Part shown: one piece after another, positions 11,891-21,438 of the stretch
Numbering within the stretch: position 1 is the first letter of the stretch
Layout: every line of letters starts with the position of its first letter
Assembly (NCBI GenBank): GCA_964424785.1
Contig: CAYRKA010000001.1
Location: 33,416-97,415, forward strand
Source: an uncultured Lachnospiraceae bacterium
Lineage (GTDB): Bacteria; Bacillota; Clostridia; Lachnospirales; Lachnospiraceae
Reading direction: 5' to 3'
Length of the DNA stretch: 64,000 nt
Program-made: the position numbers and the translations under genes
The notes under the pieces: model-generated
Told to the model about the DNA's origin: nothing
Databases searched by the model: none
Seen by the model: only the letters and a program-made list of their open reading frames with translations

Positions 11891-13492
11891 ATGGAAGATA
11901 AGAGATACGATGATAAAGCAGGAGAATACGAAAGATTCTGTATGCTCTGCCGCAGGCCGGAGAGCCAGACAGGCAAAATGATTGAGATGCCGGGCAAGCT
12001 GTGCATCTGCGTCGACTGTCTGCAAAAAACGATCAACTCGATGCAGCATATGGATATTCCCTTCCAGAATATGTTTGGCTTTCCGGTACCCGGTTTGACG
12101 CCGGAGGGCGGAGACCCGGGTGCGGACGGGCAGACGGGCGACGGGGATCCGCAGTCAGGCACGGACGGGCAGCCGGAAGAGGCTGCCGGAAGCCGGACAG
12201 GAGATGTTGTCCCGGCGCAGACTCCGGGGAACAGGCAGGCAGGTTCCGGAACCGGACAGCGTACCGGGGGCGAGGCGGAACCGGATACGGGCAGGCCGCA
12301 CGGCATGAATATCAGCATGATCAATCTCGGCGATATCTTCGGCGGGATGGGGATCCGGCCGCAGCAGGTGAAAAAGAAGCGGCCGAAGGATGAGAAGATT
12401 AAGCCGGTTTTCGACATCAAAAAGATCCCCGCTCCCCACAAAATCAAGGCGGGCCTTGATGAGTATGTGGTCGGGCAGGAGTATGCGAAGAAAGTGATTT
12501 CTGTCGCGATCTATAATCACTATAAACGGATTGCGGCAGGCGGGGACGACGTCGAGATCGAGAAGTCTAATATGCTGATGCTCGGGCCGACCGGCTGCGG
12601 CAAGACTTACCTGGTCAGGACGCTTGCGCGGCTCCTGGACGTGCCGCTCGCGATCGCGGACGCTACGTCCCTGACTGAGGCCGGATATATCGGCGATGAT
12701 ATAGAGAGTGTGGTATCCAGGCTGCTGGCTGCGGCTGACAACGATGTTGACCGCGCGGAGCAGGGGATTATCTTTATTGACGAGATTGACAAGATCGCGA
12801 AGAAGAAAAATACAAACCAGCGGGATGTGAGCGGCGAGGCCGTGCAGCAGGGAATGCTGAAGCTGCTTGAGGGGAGTGAGGTCGAGGTGCCGGTCGGGGC
12901 CGCGAGCAAAAATGCGATGGTGCCGATGACGACAGTCAATACGAAGAATATCCTGTTCATCTGCGGCGGCGCGTTTCCCGGTCTGGAGGATATCATTAAG
13001 GAGAGACTGAACAGGCAGGCCGCGATTGGCTTCATGGGGGATCTGAAGGATAAATATGACGATGACCCTGACCTGCTGATGCGCGTGACTGTCGAGGATC
13101 TGCGCTCGTTCGGCATGATACCGGAGTTCATAGGGAGGCTTCCGATCATCTTTTCCCTGCAGGTACTGACGAAGGATATGCTGGTACGCATCCTGAAAGA
13201 GCCCCGCAACGCTATCATACGGCAGTATCAGAAATTGCTTGCGCTTGATGAGGTGCAGCTGGAGATCGATGACGGAGCGTTGGAGGTGATCGCGGAAAAG
13301 GCGTTGGAGAAAAAGACAGGGGCACGTGCGCTGCGCGCGATTATCGAGGAATTCATGCTGGATATTATGTATGAGATCCCGAAGGACGACAATATCGGGA
13401 GTGTGCGCATCACGCGCGAGTATATTGAGCATACGGGCGGACCCATCATTTCCATGCGCAGCGCGGCGCCGATGCAGCTGGAAAGTAAGTAA
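11891..13492 (+). CDS. clpX: ATP-dependent Clp protease ATP-binding subunit ClpX, with long linker after the zinc finger
   Basis: CxxC..CxxC N-terminus, Walker A GPTGCGKT, GYIG pore loop, FIDEIDKI, IGF loop (AAIGFMG), GARALR; no adjacent clpP. Confidence 0.9.
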   Translation: MEDKRYDDKAGEYERFCMLCRRPESQTGKMIEMPGKLCICVDCLQKTINSMQHMDIPFQNMFGFPVPGLTPEGGDPGADGQTGDGDPQSGTDGQPEEAAGSRTGDVVPAQTPGNRQAGSGTGQRTGGEAEPDTGRPHGMNISMINLGDIFGGMGIRPQQVKKKRPKDEKIKPVFDIKKIPAPHKIKAGLDEYVVGQEYAKKVISVAIYNHYKRIAAGGDDVEIEKSNMLMLGPTGCGKTYLVRTLARLLDVPLAIADATSLTEAGYIGDDIESVVSRLLAAADNDVDRAEQGIIFIDEIDKIAKKKNTNQRDVSGEAVQQGMLKLLEGSEVEVPVGAASKNAMVPMTTVNTKNILFICGGAFPGLEDIIKERLNRQAAIGFMGDLKDKYDDDPDLLMRVTVEDLRSFGMIPEFIGRLPIIFSLQVLTKDMLVRILKEPRNAIIRQYQKLLALDEVQLEIDDGALEVIAEKALEKKTGARALRAIIEEFMLDIMYEIPKDDNIGSVRITREYIEHTGGPIISMRSAAPMQLESK

Positions 13493-13530
13493 TGTGTTAC
13501 TGGTTTCTTTTGGCAAATGGTGTGCAGGCG

Positions 13531-13559
13531 TTGACAGCGTTTGACAAAAATGTTATGTT
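13531..13559 (+). promoter_or_regulatory. Sigma70-type promoter of the RpoD-type sigma gene
   Basis: TTGACA-N17-TATGTT. Confidence 0.55.
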
Positions 13560-13591
13560 AAAAGAACGATAGTGATGAGGAGAGTGTATTG

Positions 13592-14737
13592 ATGAACGAA
13601 GCACAGGAGCAGTTTTTAAAGACTCTGGAAAGCCTGAAAGCGTTGGCCAGGACTAAGAAAAATACGCTTGAATATGAAGAGATCCAGAATGCTTTCAATG
13701 GTACGGGGATCGAGCTGACAGAGGACAAGATTGATATGGTTCTGGAGTACCTTGAGAAGAACCATGTCGATATCCTGCAGGGCAAGTCCCCGGATGATGG
13801 CGCGGATGACAGCGCGGATGATCTGCTTCTGGAATCAGAAGAGGATGTCCTGCTGTCGGATCATGAGGAGATTGAGATCATCAACGATGCCGATATCCTG
13901 GAGGGTGTCAGCACCGAGGACCCGGTACGTATGTATCTCAAGGAGATCGGAAATGTACCGCTTTTGTCCGGCGAAGAGGAGGTAGAGCTGGCCCGCAGGG
14001 TTGAAGCAGGGGATGAGGAAGCGAAGAAGAAGCTGACCGAGGCGAATCTTCGCCTTGTCGTGAGCATTGCCAAAAAGTACGTCGGCCGCGGTATGCCGTT
14101 CCTGGACCTGATCCAGGAGGGCAACATGGGCCTGATGAAAGCAGTGGACAAATTTGATTACACAAAGGGATATAAATTCAGCACGTACGCGACATGGTGG
14201 ATCCGCCAGGCGATTACGCGCGGCATTGCGGATACGGGCAGGACGATCCGTGTCCCGGTACATATGGTCGAGACGATCAACAAGACGCTGCGCATGACGA
14301 GGACGCTCCTGCAGGAGCTTGGACGTGAGCCGACTCCGGATGAGGTCGCTGAGCGGCTGAACGTCCCGGTCAGCCGCGTGCGGGAGGTCCTGAAGATCTC
14401 GCGTGACCCGGTATCGCTCGACACGCCGATCGGAGAGGAGGATGATTCCCACCTTGGCGATTTCATTGAGGACGATACGGCTCTTTCACCTGCTGATTCC
14501 GCCGCGTTTTCGATGCTGCGCGAGGAGCTGAGCACGGCGCTCGAGTCCCTGACCGACCGCGAGCGGCAGGTGGTGCGCCTGCGCTTCGGCCTCGAGGACG
14601 GCAGGGCCCGTACGCTCGAGGAGGTCGGCAAGGAGTTCAACGTAACGCGTGAGCGTATCCGCCAGATCGAGGCAAAGGCGCTGCGCAAGCTGAGGCATCC
14701 GTCAAGAAGCAAGAGGCTCAAGGACTTCCTGACGTGA
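13592..14737 (+). CDS. rpoD: RNA polymerase sigma factor, RpoD/SigA type (not linked to dnaG)
   Basis: [67 protein letters not shown]. Confidence 0.9.
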   Translation: MNEAQEQFLKTLESLKALARTKKNTLEYEEIQNAFNGTGIELTEDKIDMVLEYLEKNHVDILQGKSPDDGADDSADDLLLESEEDVLLSDHEEIEIINDADILEGVSTEDPVRMYLKEIGNVPLLSGEEEVELARRVEAGDEEAKKKLTEANLRLVVSIAKKYVGRGMPFLDLIQEGNMGLMKAVDKFDYTKGYKFSTYATWWIRQAITRGIADTGRTIRVPVHMVETINKTLRMTRTLLQELGREPTPDEVAERLNVPVSRVREVLKISRDPVSLDTPIGEEDDSHLGDFIEDDTALSPADSAAFSMLREELSTALESLTDRERQVVRLRFGLEDGRARTLEEVGKEFNVTRERIRQIEAKALRKLRHPSRSKRLKDFLT

Positions 14738-14802
14738 TACGGATCGCGCAGGGACTGTGAATAGAAACATCGCTGCAGCTGGGTCGCAATAAGGAGGACA
14801 AT

Positions 14803-15741
14803 ATGTTTATTACAGTGCTACTATTTGTGATCGGACTTGCCATCATCTGTGTCGGCGGGGACAAATTTGTAGACAATGCGGTTGAGGTGGCGAAGAAGCT
14901 TGGCATGTCGGAGATTATGATCGGCGCTACGATCGTCAGCATCGGCACGACGCTGCCGGAGGTGCTTGTCTCGACGACAGCGGCGTTTGAGGGCTCGACC
15001 GCGGTCTGCGCCGGCAATGCGTACGGTTCGGTGATTTGCAACACGGCGCTGATTGCCGGGATCGGTCAGCTCTGCCGCCCGTCATCCGGTGTAGATGGGA
15101 AGTCGATGACATGGAATACGACACTGTTCTTTGCTTTCGGCGCGGTTCTGTGTGCGCTGCAGCTTTCGATGGGGTATGTGCCGCGTTTGATGGGATTTGC
15201 CTTGCTTGCCGGGTTTGTTGTGTATACGGTTGGCTATGTGCAGATCATGCGTACAAAGGAGCAGCCAGAGCACCCGGAGCCGGATACGCAGGGCTCTGTT
15301 GTAAAGCCGCTGCTTCTGATGGCGGTGTTTGCCGTGGCGCTGTTCGCAGGCGCCCGCCTGCTGGTGGATAACGGCATCCTGATTGCGCAGGCTGCAGGTG
15401 TGCCGGAGCGTGTCATCGCCGTGACCTTTATCGCGCTCGGGACTTCCCTGCCGGAGCTTGTGACGACGGTTTCGGCGCTGGTCAAGGGCCGTTCGAGCCT
15501 CGGCATCGGCAATGTGCTGGGCGCGAACCTGCTGAACCTGCTGCTCGTCATCGGCATCCCGGCAGCCCTTACAAACGGGATTTCCATTGAGCGCAGCACG
15601 GCTGTCCTGGACACGTCGTTTGCATTGTTTGTCATGCTGATCCTTGTCGTGCCGTTCCTGGTCAGGAAGCGCGGCAGCCGCATTCAGGGCGCGCTGCTTG
15701 TCGCGGTCTATGTGGCGTACTGCGCGTACAACTTTATATAA
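14803..15741 (+). CDS. Calcium/sodium antiporter (YrbG/CaCA family)
   Basis: Duplicated alpha-repeat motifs GTTLPE and GTSLPE, GNVLGAN; 10 TM helices. Confidence 0.9.
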   Translation: MFITVLLFVIGLAIICVGGDKFVDNAVEVAKKLGMSEIMIGATIVSIGTTLPEVLVSTTAAFEGSTAVCAGNAYGSVICNTALIAGIGQLCRPSSGVDGKSMTWNTTLFFAFGAVLCALQLSMGYVPRLMGFALLAGFVVYTVGYVQIMRTKEQPEHPEPDTQGSVVKPLLLMAVFAVALFAGARLLVDNGILIAQAAGVPERVIAVTFIALGTSLPELVTTVSALVKGRSSLGIGNVLGANLLNLLLVIGIPAALTNGISIERSTAVLDTSFALFVMLILVVPFLVRKRGSRIQGALLVAVYVAYCAYNFI

Positions 15742-15849
15742 AGCTGCCGCAGGCAAAAGACCGGGTGCCGTTTGAAATAACTGAAGGAGGGAAACACGGT
15801 GGATATTGAGGTATTGAGAAAATAATTTTTTTTGAGGAGGGGTTCACAA

Positions 15850-16962
15850 ATGACTGAGACAAGGCCATTTATTCCGTGGGAGACGGCGCGCGGTTTTATG
15901 AACGCCGTATTCGAGAAGGAGGGCGTACCGGCACAGGACGCAAAGGTCTGCACTGAGGTGCTGCTGGAGAGCGACCGCCGCGGTATCGAGAGCCACGGCT
16001 GCAACCGCTTCAAGCCGATCTACATTGACAGGATCGATGCAGGTATCCTCAACCCGGTGACGGAATTTGAGGTGGTACGCGAGACGGCGACGACTGCTGT
16101 AGTCGACGGGCACAACGGCATGGGTATGGTGACAGGCACGCGCTCCATGCAGATGGCGATTGACAAGGCGAAAAAGTACGGCATGGGTATGGTCGCGGCG
16201 CGCAATTCGACGCACTACGGCATCGCGGGATACTATGCGACGATGGCGACGCAGAACAACATGATCGGCATCACCGGCACGAACGCCAGGCCGTCGATCG
16301 CCCCGACCTTTGGCGTTGAAAATATGCTTGGGACGAACCCGCTGACATTCGGTATGCCGACCGACGAGCCATTCCCTTTCGTGCTTGACTGCGCGACGTC
16401 GATCTCACAGCGCGGCAAGATCGAGTTCTATGCGCGTTCCGGCAAGGATACCCCTGCCGGGATGGTGATCGGCCGCGACGGCAAGCCGATGACAGACAGT
16501 GAGGATATCCTGAAGGCGCTCAACGAGAAGCGGGCGGCGCTCGCTCCGCTCGGCGGCATCGGCGAGGAGCTCGCAGGCTACAAGGGCTACGGCTATGCGA
16601 CGGTGGTCGAGATCCTCTCAGCCGCGCTCCAGGCTGGCAGCTACCTGAAGATGCTCTCCGGCCTTGACGCGGACGGCAACAAGATTCCGTATCCGCTCGG
16701 CCATTTCTTCATCGCGATTGACACGGAGGCATTCATGGGCGCTGACGTCTTCAAGAAGACGGCGGGCGACATCCTGCGCGAGCTGCGCGCGTCGCAGAAG
16801 GCTCCTGGGCACGACCGCATTTACACGGCGGGCGAGAAGGAATACGAGATCTGGCAGTTCCGCAAGGACAAGGGCGTCCCGGTAGGAGAGGCCGTCCAGA
16901 AAGAGTTCATCGGGCTGCGCGACCGCTTCGGCCTGGGCCAGTTCCGGTTCCCGTTTGAATAA
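15850..16962 (+). CDS. Ldh_2 family (malate/L-lactate dehydrogenase-like) oxidoreductase
   Basis: DRRGIESHG, VDGHNGMG, RNSTHYGIAGYY, GTNP, DCATS, YKGYG motifs. Confidence 0.85.
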   Translation: MTETRPFIPWETARGFMNAVFEKEGVPAQDAKVCTEVLLESDRRGIESHGCNRFKPIYIDRIDAGILNPVTEFEVVRETATTAVVDGHNGMGMVTGTRSMQMAIDKAKKYGMGMVAARNSTHYGIAGYYATMATQNNMIGITGTNARPSIAPTFGVENMLGTNPLTFGMPTDEPFPFVLDCATSISQRGKIEFYARSGKDTPAGMVIGRDGKPMTDSEDILKALNEKRAALAPLGGIGEELAGYKGYGYATVVEILSAALQAGSYLKMLSGLDADGNKIPYPLGHFFIAIDTEAFMGADVFKKTAGDILRELRASQKAPGHDRIYTAGEKEYEIWQFRKDKGVPVGEAVQKEFIGLRDRFGLGQFRFPFE

Positions 16963-17015
16963 AGGATGGATCAGGTGAATACGGATCATCCCCGGTAGAT
17001 AGTCGAAATTGTAAA

Positions 17016-17044
17016 TTGACAGCCTCTATGTGAGCAGCTATAAT
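17016..17044 (+). promoter_or_regulatory. Consensus sigma70 promoter of the aminotransferase-trkA-trkH unit
   Basis: Perfect TTGACA-N17-TATAAT. Confidence 0.85.
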
Positions 17045-17162
17045 GAAACCGTATTTACCCGGTAAAAAGTGTCTGACGGTCTGCCTGACAGCCGGAGGCA
17101 TTTTTTAGTGTATAAAAATCTGTGTGCTCCTGTGCACGACCAAAGAAGACGAGAGGGAAATT

Positions 17163-18365
17163 ATGATAGCGAAAAAGATGAAACCCTACCTCACGAACAA
17201 TTCCGCGATCCGCGCTATGTTCGAGGAGGGGAAGCAGATGGCGGAAAAATACGGGAAGGACAAGGTCTACGATTTCAGCCTTGGCAATCCGAACGTCCCG
17301 GCCCCGGCGGCGATCCGGGAGGCGATTGTCAGCATACTTGACGAGGAGGATCCTGTGTTCGTACACGGTTACATGAGCAACGCGGGCTTCCCGCACGTGC
17401 GCGCCGCGATCGCCGCGAACCTGAATGAGCGGTTCGGCACCGCGTTTTCCGAAAACAATCTGATCATGACTGTCGGAGCGGGCAGCGGCCTGAACGTCTG
17501 CCTGAAGACACTCGTTGACCCGGGGGATGAGGTCATCGTGTTTGCACCGTATTTCCTGGAGTATGGCTCCTATGTGCGCAACTACGACGGCGTGCTGGTC
17601 GAGGTTGCCCCGGACATGGATACGTTCCGGCTCAACCTTGCCGATTTCGAGGCGAAGCTCTCGCCGCGCACCAAGGCTGTGATCATCAACAACCCGCACA
17701 ACCCGACGGGTGTTGTTTTCCCGGAGGATACGATCCGGCAGCTCGCCGCAATCATGGAGCGCAAACAGCAGGAGTATGGACATACCGTCTACCTGATCTC
17801 GGACGAGCCGTACCGGGAGCTGGCGTTTGACGGGGTGCAGGTGCCGTTTGTCACGAACTACTACGCCAATACGATGGTGGTCTATTCCTACAGCAAGTCG
17901 CTGTCCCTGCCGGGAGAGCGTATCGGCTATGTCGTGATCCCGGACGAGTTGGAGGACAGCGCGGACACAGTCGCCGCCGCGACGATCGCGAACCGTATCA
18001 GCGGCTGTGTCAATGCCCCGTCCCTGATCCAGCTTGCCGTGGCGAGATGTGTTGACGCACAGGTGGACATTGACTTTTATGACCGGAACCGCCGGGCGCT
18101 GTACGAAGGGCTGACGGATCTCGGATTCACGTGTGTGAAACCGGAAGGGGCTTTCTATCTGTGGCTGAAGTCCCCGGTGCCGGACGAGAAGGAATTCGTC
18201 CAGGCAGGCAAGAAGTACCATATCCTGATGGTTCCGGGTTCCTCCTTTGCGTGCCCGGGCTATGTGAGGCTTGCATACTGTGTTTCTTATGAAACGATAA
18301 AGAATTCGCTGCCTGAATTTGCAAAGCTTGCCGGAGAGTACTCTCAGAGGGGACAGGACAAATGA
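17163..18365 (+). CDS. PLP-dependent aminotransferase class I/II (aspartate aminotransferase-like)
   Basis: DFSLGNP, INNPHNPTG, ISDEPY, SYSKSLSLPGERIGY motifs. Confidence 0.9.
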   Translation: MIAKKMKPYLTNNSAIRAMFEEGKQMAEKYGKDKVYDFSLGNPNVPAPAAIREAIVSILDEEDPVFVHGYMSNAGFPHVRAAIAANLNERFGTAFSENNLIMTVGAGSGLNVCLKTLVDPGDEVIVFAPYFLEYGSYVRNYDGVLVEVAPDMDTFRLNLADFEAKLSPRTKAVIINNPHNPTGVVFPEDTIRQLAAIMERKQQEYGHTVYLISDEPYRELAFDGVQVPFVTNYYANTMVVYSYSKSLSLPGERIGYVVIPDELEDSADTVAAATIANRISGCVNAPSLIQLAVARCVDAQVDIDFYDRNRRALYEGLTDLGFTCVKPEGAFYLWLKSPVPDEKEFVQAGKKYHILMVPGSSFACPGYVRLAYCVSYETIKNSLPEFAKLAGEYSQRGQDK

Positions 18366-19732
18366 AAATCATTATTGTTGGCCTCGGCAAGGTAGGCCAG
18401 ACATTGGCTGTGGAGCTGAGCAGGGAAGACAATGACATTACGGTAATTGATAAGAACGAGACGAAGATTGAGGAGTTTTCGAGTCAGTATGACCTGATGG
18501 GGATTGTCGGGAACGGCTCGAGTCATCTGACGCAGGTGGAGGCTGGTATTGAGACGGCGGATCTGCTGATTGCGGTGACAGCGTCCGATGAGCTGAACCT
18601 GCTCTGCTGCCTGATCGCAAAGAAAGCCGGCAACTGCCATACGATTGCCCGTGTGCGCAATCCCGCGTACAATGCGGAGGTCGGCTTTATCAAGGAAGAG
18701 CTTGGCCTGGCCATGATCATCAACCCGGAGCTTGCCGCCGCGCAGGAGATTGCGCGGATCCTGAAGTTCCCGTCGGCGATCGACGTCGATTCCTTTGCAA
18801 AGAGCCGCGTGGACCTGTTGAAGTTCCGTGTGCCGGAGGATTCTGCACTGGACGGCAAGCGTATCTCCGACCTGCCGCCGCGCATCCGGGGGCGTATCCT
18901 GATCTGCGCTGTGGAGCGCGGGGATGAGCTGATCATACCGGATGGCAACTGTGTCCTGCGTGCACGTGACCGTGTGTCGATTGTAGGTGGCACGAACGAC
19001 GCAAATGAATTTTTCCGGCAGGCCGGCATTGTATCGAACCGTGTCAAAAATATTATGATCATCGGGGGCGGTTCGGTCGCGTTTTATCTGGCGAATATGC
19101 TGATTGCGGCGGGGATCCGCGTCAAGCTGATTGAGAAGGATGAGAAGCACTGCGAGACATTGTCCGAGCTGCTGCCGAAGGCGACGGTGATCTGCGGGGA
19201 CGGCACGGACAAGGAGCTGCTTGCGGAAGAGGGGCTTGAACGGACGGAGAGCTTTGCGGCGCTCACGAATATTGATGAGGAGAATATCCTGCTCTCACTT
19301 TACGCCAAAAAGGTGGCGAATACAAAGGTGATCACGAAGGTCAACCGGATCACGTTCGAGGAGGTCATCCGCGACCTTGATCTCGATACGGTAATCCATC
19401 CGAAGGAAATCACCTCGGAGCATATCATCACTTATGTGCGTTCCATGAAGAATTCCCTCGGCAGCAATGTCGAGACGCTGCACAAGATCATTGACAATAA
19501 GGCTGAGGCCCTGGAATTCATTATCAGGAGCCATTCGCGCGTGGTCGATGTGCCGCTGCAGGATCTGAAAATCCGCAAGGGCATCCTGGTGGCATGTATC
19601 AGCCGGAAAGGCAAGGTAATCATCCCGCGCGGCTCCGATACGATGCGGATTGGCGATACTGCCGTTATCGTTACGCAGCATAAGGGTCTGGGCGATATAG
19701 AGGATATTCTTGAAAAGCAGGGCAGGCAATGA
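18362..19732 (+). CDS. trkA: Trk system potassium uptake NAD-binding subunit
   Basis: Two RCK domains with GLGKVG and GGGSV; overlaps the neighbouring start/stop codons. Confidence 0.93.
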   Translation: MKIIIVGLGKVGQTLAVELSREDNDITVIDKNETKIEEFSSQYDLMGIVGNGSSHLTQVEAGIETADLLIAVTASDELNLLCCLIAKKAGNCHTIARVRNPAYNAEVGFIKEELGLAMIINPELAAAQEIARILKFPSAIDVDSFAKSRVDLLKFRVPEDSALDGKRISDLPPRIRGRILICAVERGDELIIPDGNCVLRARDRVSIVGGTNDANEFFRQAGIVSNRVKNIMIIGGGSVAFYLANMLIAAGIRVKLIEKDEKHCETLSELLPKATVICGDGTDKELLAEEGLERTESFAALTNIDEENILLSLYAKKVANTKVITKVNRITFEEVIRDLDLDTVIHPKEITSEHIITYVRSMKNSLGSNVETLHKIIDNKAEALEFIIRSHSRVVDVPLQDLKIRKGILVACISRKGKVIIPRGSDTMRIGDTAVIVTQHKGLGDIEDILEKQGRQ

Positions 19733-21168
19733 ATTACAGAATAATCAGGTTCATAATCGGATGGGTTTTGATTTTTGAGGCGGTGTTCATTGCCCCGTCT
19801 ATTGTGGTGGCCGTGATTTACCGGGAGCAGGCAGGCTTCTCGCTTCTGGCCACCGCGCTTCTGTGCCTGACGGCAGGCTTCCTGCTGTCGCGCCGGGGGA
19901 AAAACCGGGATAAGGGAATGTATGCGAGGGAGGGCTTCGTGGCAGTTGCGCTGTGCTGGCTGGTGCTCAGCGCATTCGGCGCGTTGCCGTTCGTGATGTC
20001 AGGCGTGATCCCTTCTTATATTGATGCGCTTTTCGAGGTGGTGTCAGGCTTTACGACGACAGGCTCCAGTATCCTGCCGGAGGTCGAATCTATGCCGCGT
20101 TGCCTGCAGTTCTGGCGCAGCTTTACGCACTGGGTGGGCGGAATGGGTGTGCTTGTGTTTGTGATGGCGATACTCCCGCTGGCGGGCGGTACGAATATGT
20201 ATCTGATGAAAGCGGAGAGTCCCGGTCCGTCGGTCGGCAAGCTGGTCCCGAAGGTGAAAAGCACTGCGACTTTGCTGTACGGTATGTATGTCGGGCTGAG
20301 CGTTCTGCAGCTTTTCTTCCTGCTCATTGGGAGGATGCCGCTGTTCGACTCGCTCGTCACGGTGTTTGGTACTGCCGGTACAGGAGGCTTCGGCATCAAA
20401 AACGACAGTATCGGCGGCTACAGCCCATATCTTCAGATAGTCATCACTGTGTTCATGATTCTGTTCGGAGTAAATTTTAACGTATATTTTCTGCTGCTCC
20501 GCCGCAAGGTGCGGGCTGCGGCTAGTTTTGTGGAGGTGCGCGCGTACCTGGCCATCATTGCGGTCTCGATTGTGCTGATCACTGCCAATATCTCCGGGAT
20601 GTTCCCGAATGTGTGGACTGCGCTGCGCCATGCGGCGTTCCAGGTCGGGTCGATTATTACGACGACCGGCTTTGCGACGACGGATTTCGATTTGTGGCCA
20701 TCGTTCTCGAAGACGCTGCTAGTCATGCTGATGTTTATCGGCGCGTGCGCCGGAAGCACGGGCGGCGGCATCAAGGTGTCGCGCATCGTGATCCTCTTCA
20801 AATCGATCCTGAAGGAGATCGATGTGATTGCACATCCCCGCAATGTGCGCAAGCTGAAGATGGACGGGCGGCTGATCGAGCATGCGGTCGTGCGCTCAGT
20901 CAACGTATTCCTCGCGTCGTATTTGATGATTTTTGCGCTGTCGGTACTCCTGATCTCGCTTGACAACTTCGATTTCACAACGAATTTCACGGCTGTGGCG
21001 GCGACGATCAACAATATCGGGCCGGGCCTTGCGCTCGTGGGGCCGACACAGAATTTCGGGATATATTCGGATTTCTCAAAGCTGGTGCTGACGTTTGATA
21101 TGCTGGCAGGCAGGCTGGAGCTGTTCCCGCTGCTGGTGCTGTTTGCGAAGAATACATGGAGAAAATAG
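19729..21168 (+). CDS. trkH: Trk/Ktr potassium uptake membrane subunit
   Basis: Pore-loop glycine motifs SGFTTTG, GTGGF, TTTGF, NNIGPG; GRLE near the C-terminus. Confidence 0.92.
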   Translation: MNYRIIRFIIGWVLIFEAVFIAPSIVVAVIYREQAGFSLLATALLCLTAGFLLSRRGKNRDKGMYAREGFVAVALCWLVLSAFGALPFVMSGVIPSYIDALFEVVSGFTTTGSSILPEVESMPRCLQFWRSFTHWVGGMGVLVFVMAILPLAGGTNMYLMKAESPGPSVGKLVPKVKSTATLLYGMYVGLSVLQLFFLLIGRMPLFDSLVTVFGTAGTGGFGIKNDSIGGYSPYLQIVITVFMILFGVNFNVYFLLLRRKVRAAASFVEVRAYLAIIAVSIVLITANISGMFPNVWTALRHAAFQVGSIITTTGFATTDFDLWPSFSKTLLVMLMFIGACAGSTGGGIKVSRIVILFKSILKEIDVIAHPRNVRKLKMDGRLIEHAVVRSVNVFLASYLMIFALSVLLISLDNFDFTTNFTAVAATINNIGPGLALVGPTQNFGIYSDFSKLVLTFDMLAGRLELFPLLVLFAKNTWRK

Positions 21169-21265
21169 AAGGTTTGCAACTGTGAAGGCCTGGGCAGTTA
21201 CGGGAGTTTCACAGATTCGACACAGTTTTTTCATCCTTTTGGACGGTTTGTTTGCGCAGGGAAAC

Positions 21266-21294
21266 TTTACAATCCCCTCCCGGTGTGCTAAAAT
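21266..21294 (+). promoter_or_regulatory. Sigma70 promoter (extended -10) of the NlpC/P60 gene
   Basis: TTTACA-N17-TAAAAT with TG at the extended -10 position. Confidence 0.65.
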
Positions 21295-21307
21295 AAACAA
21301 ATCGGAG

Positions 21308-21405
21308 TTTTATGCGACCCGCCACGGAGAAATATTGCTGCTGGCGCAGCACGCGGGCCGCGCAGCGGGCAGGCCGGATGGATTGTATCTTCCCTGCCCG
21401 GTTGA
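21308..21405 (+). repeat. Dispersed two-hairpin element, diverged full copy in the NlpC/P60 leader
   Basis: Starts tttatgcg; hairpin 1 tgctgc/gcagca; hairpin 2 cgggcagg/cctgcccg; aligns with the copy at 60565-60658 and shares 22/23 nt with the reverse complement of 47517-47539. Confidence 0.65.
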
Positions 21406-21438
21406 TCAGGATGTGCGTGGAGAACAAGGAGTATTAAA

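Noticed and set aside
17043-17108. Short ORF starting MKPYL, same as residues near the aminotransferase N-terminus
   Set aside because: Its ATG lies inside the -10 box with no SD; a five-residue match is probably chance.
21295-21438. c-di-AMP or c-di-GMP riboswitch before NlpC/P60
   Set aside because: No consensus motifs; better explained by the dispersed element.
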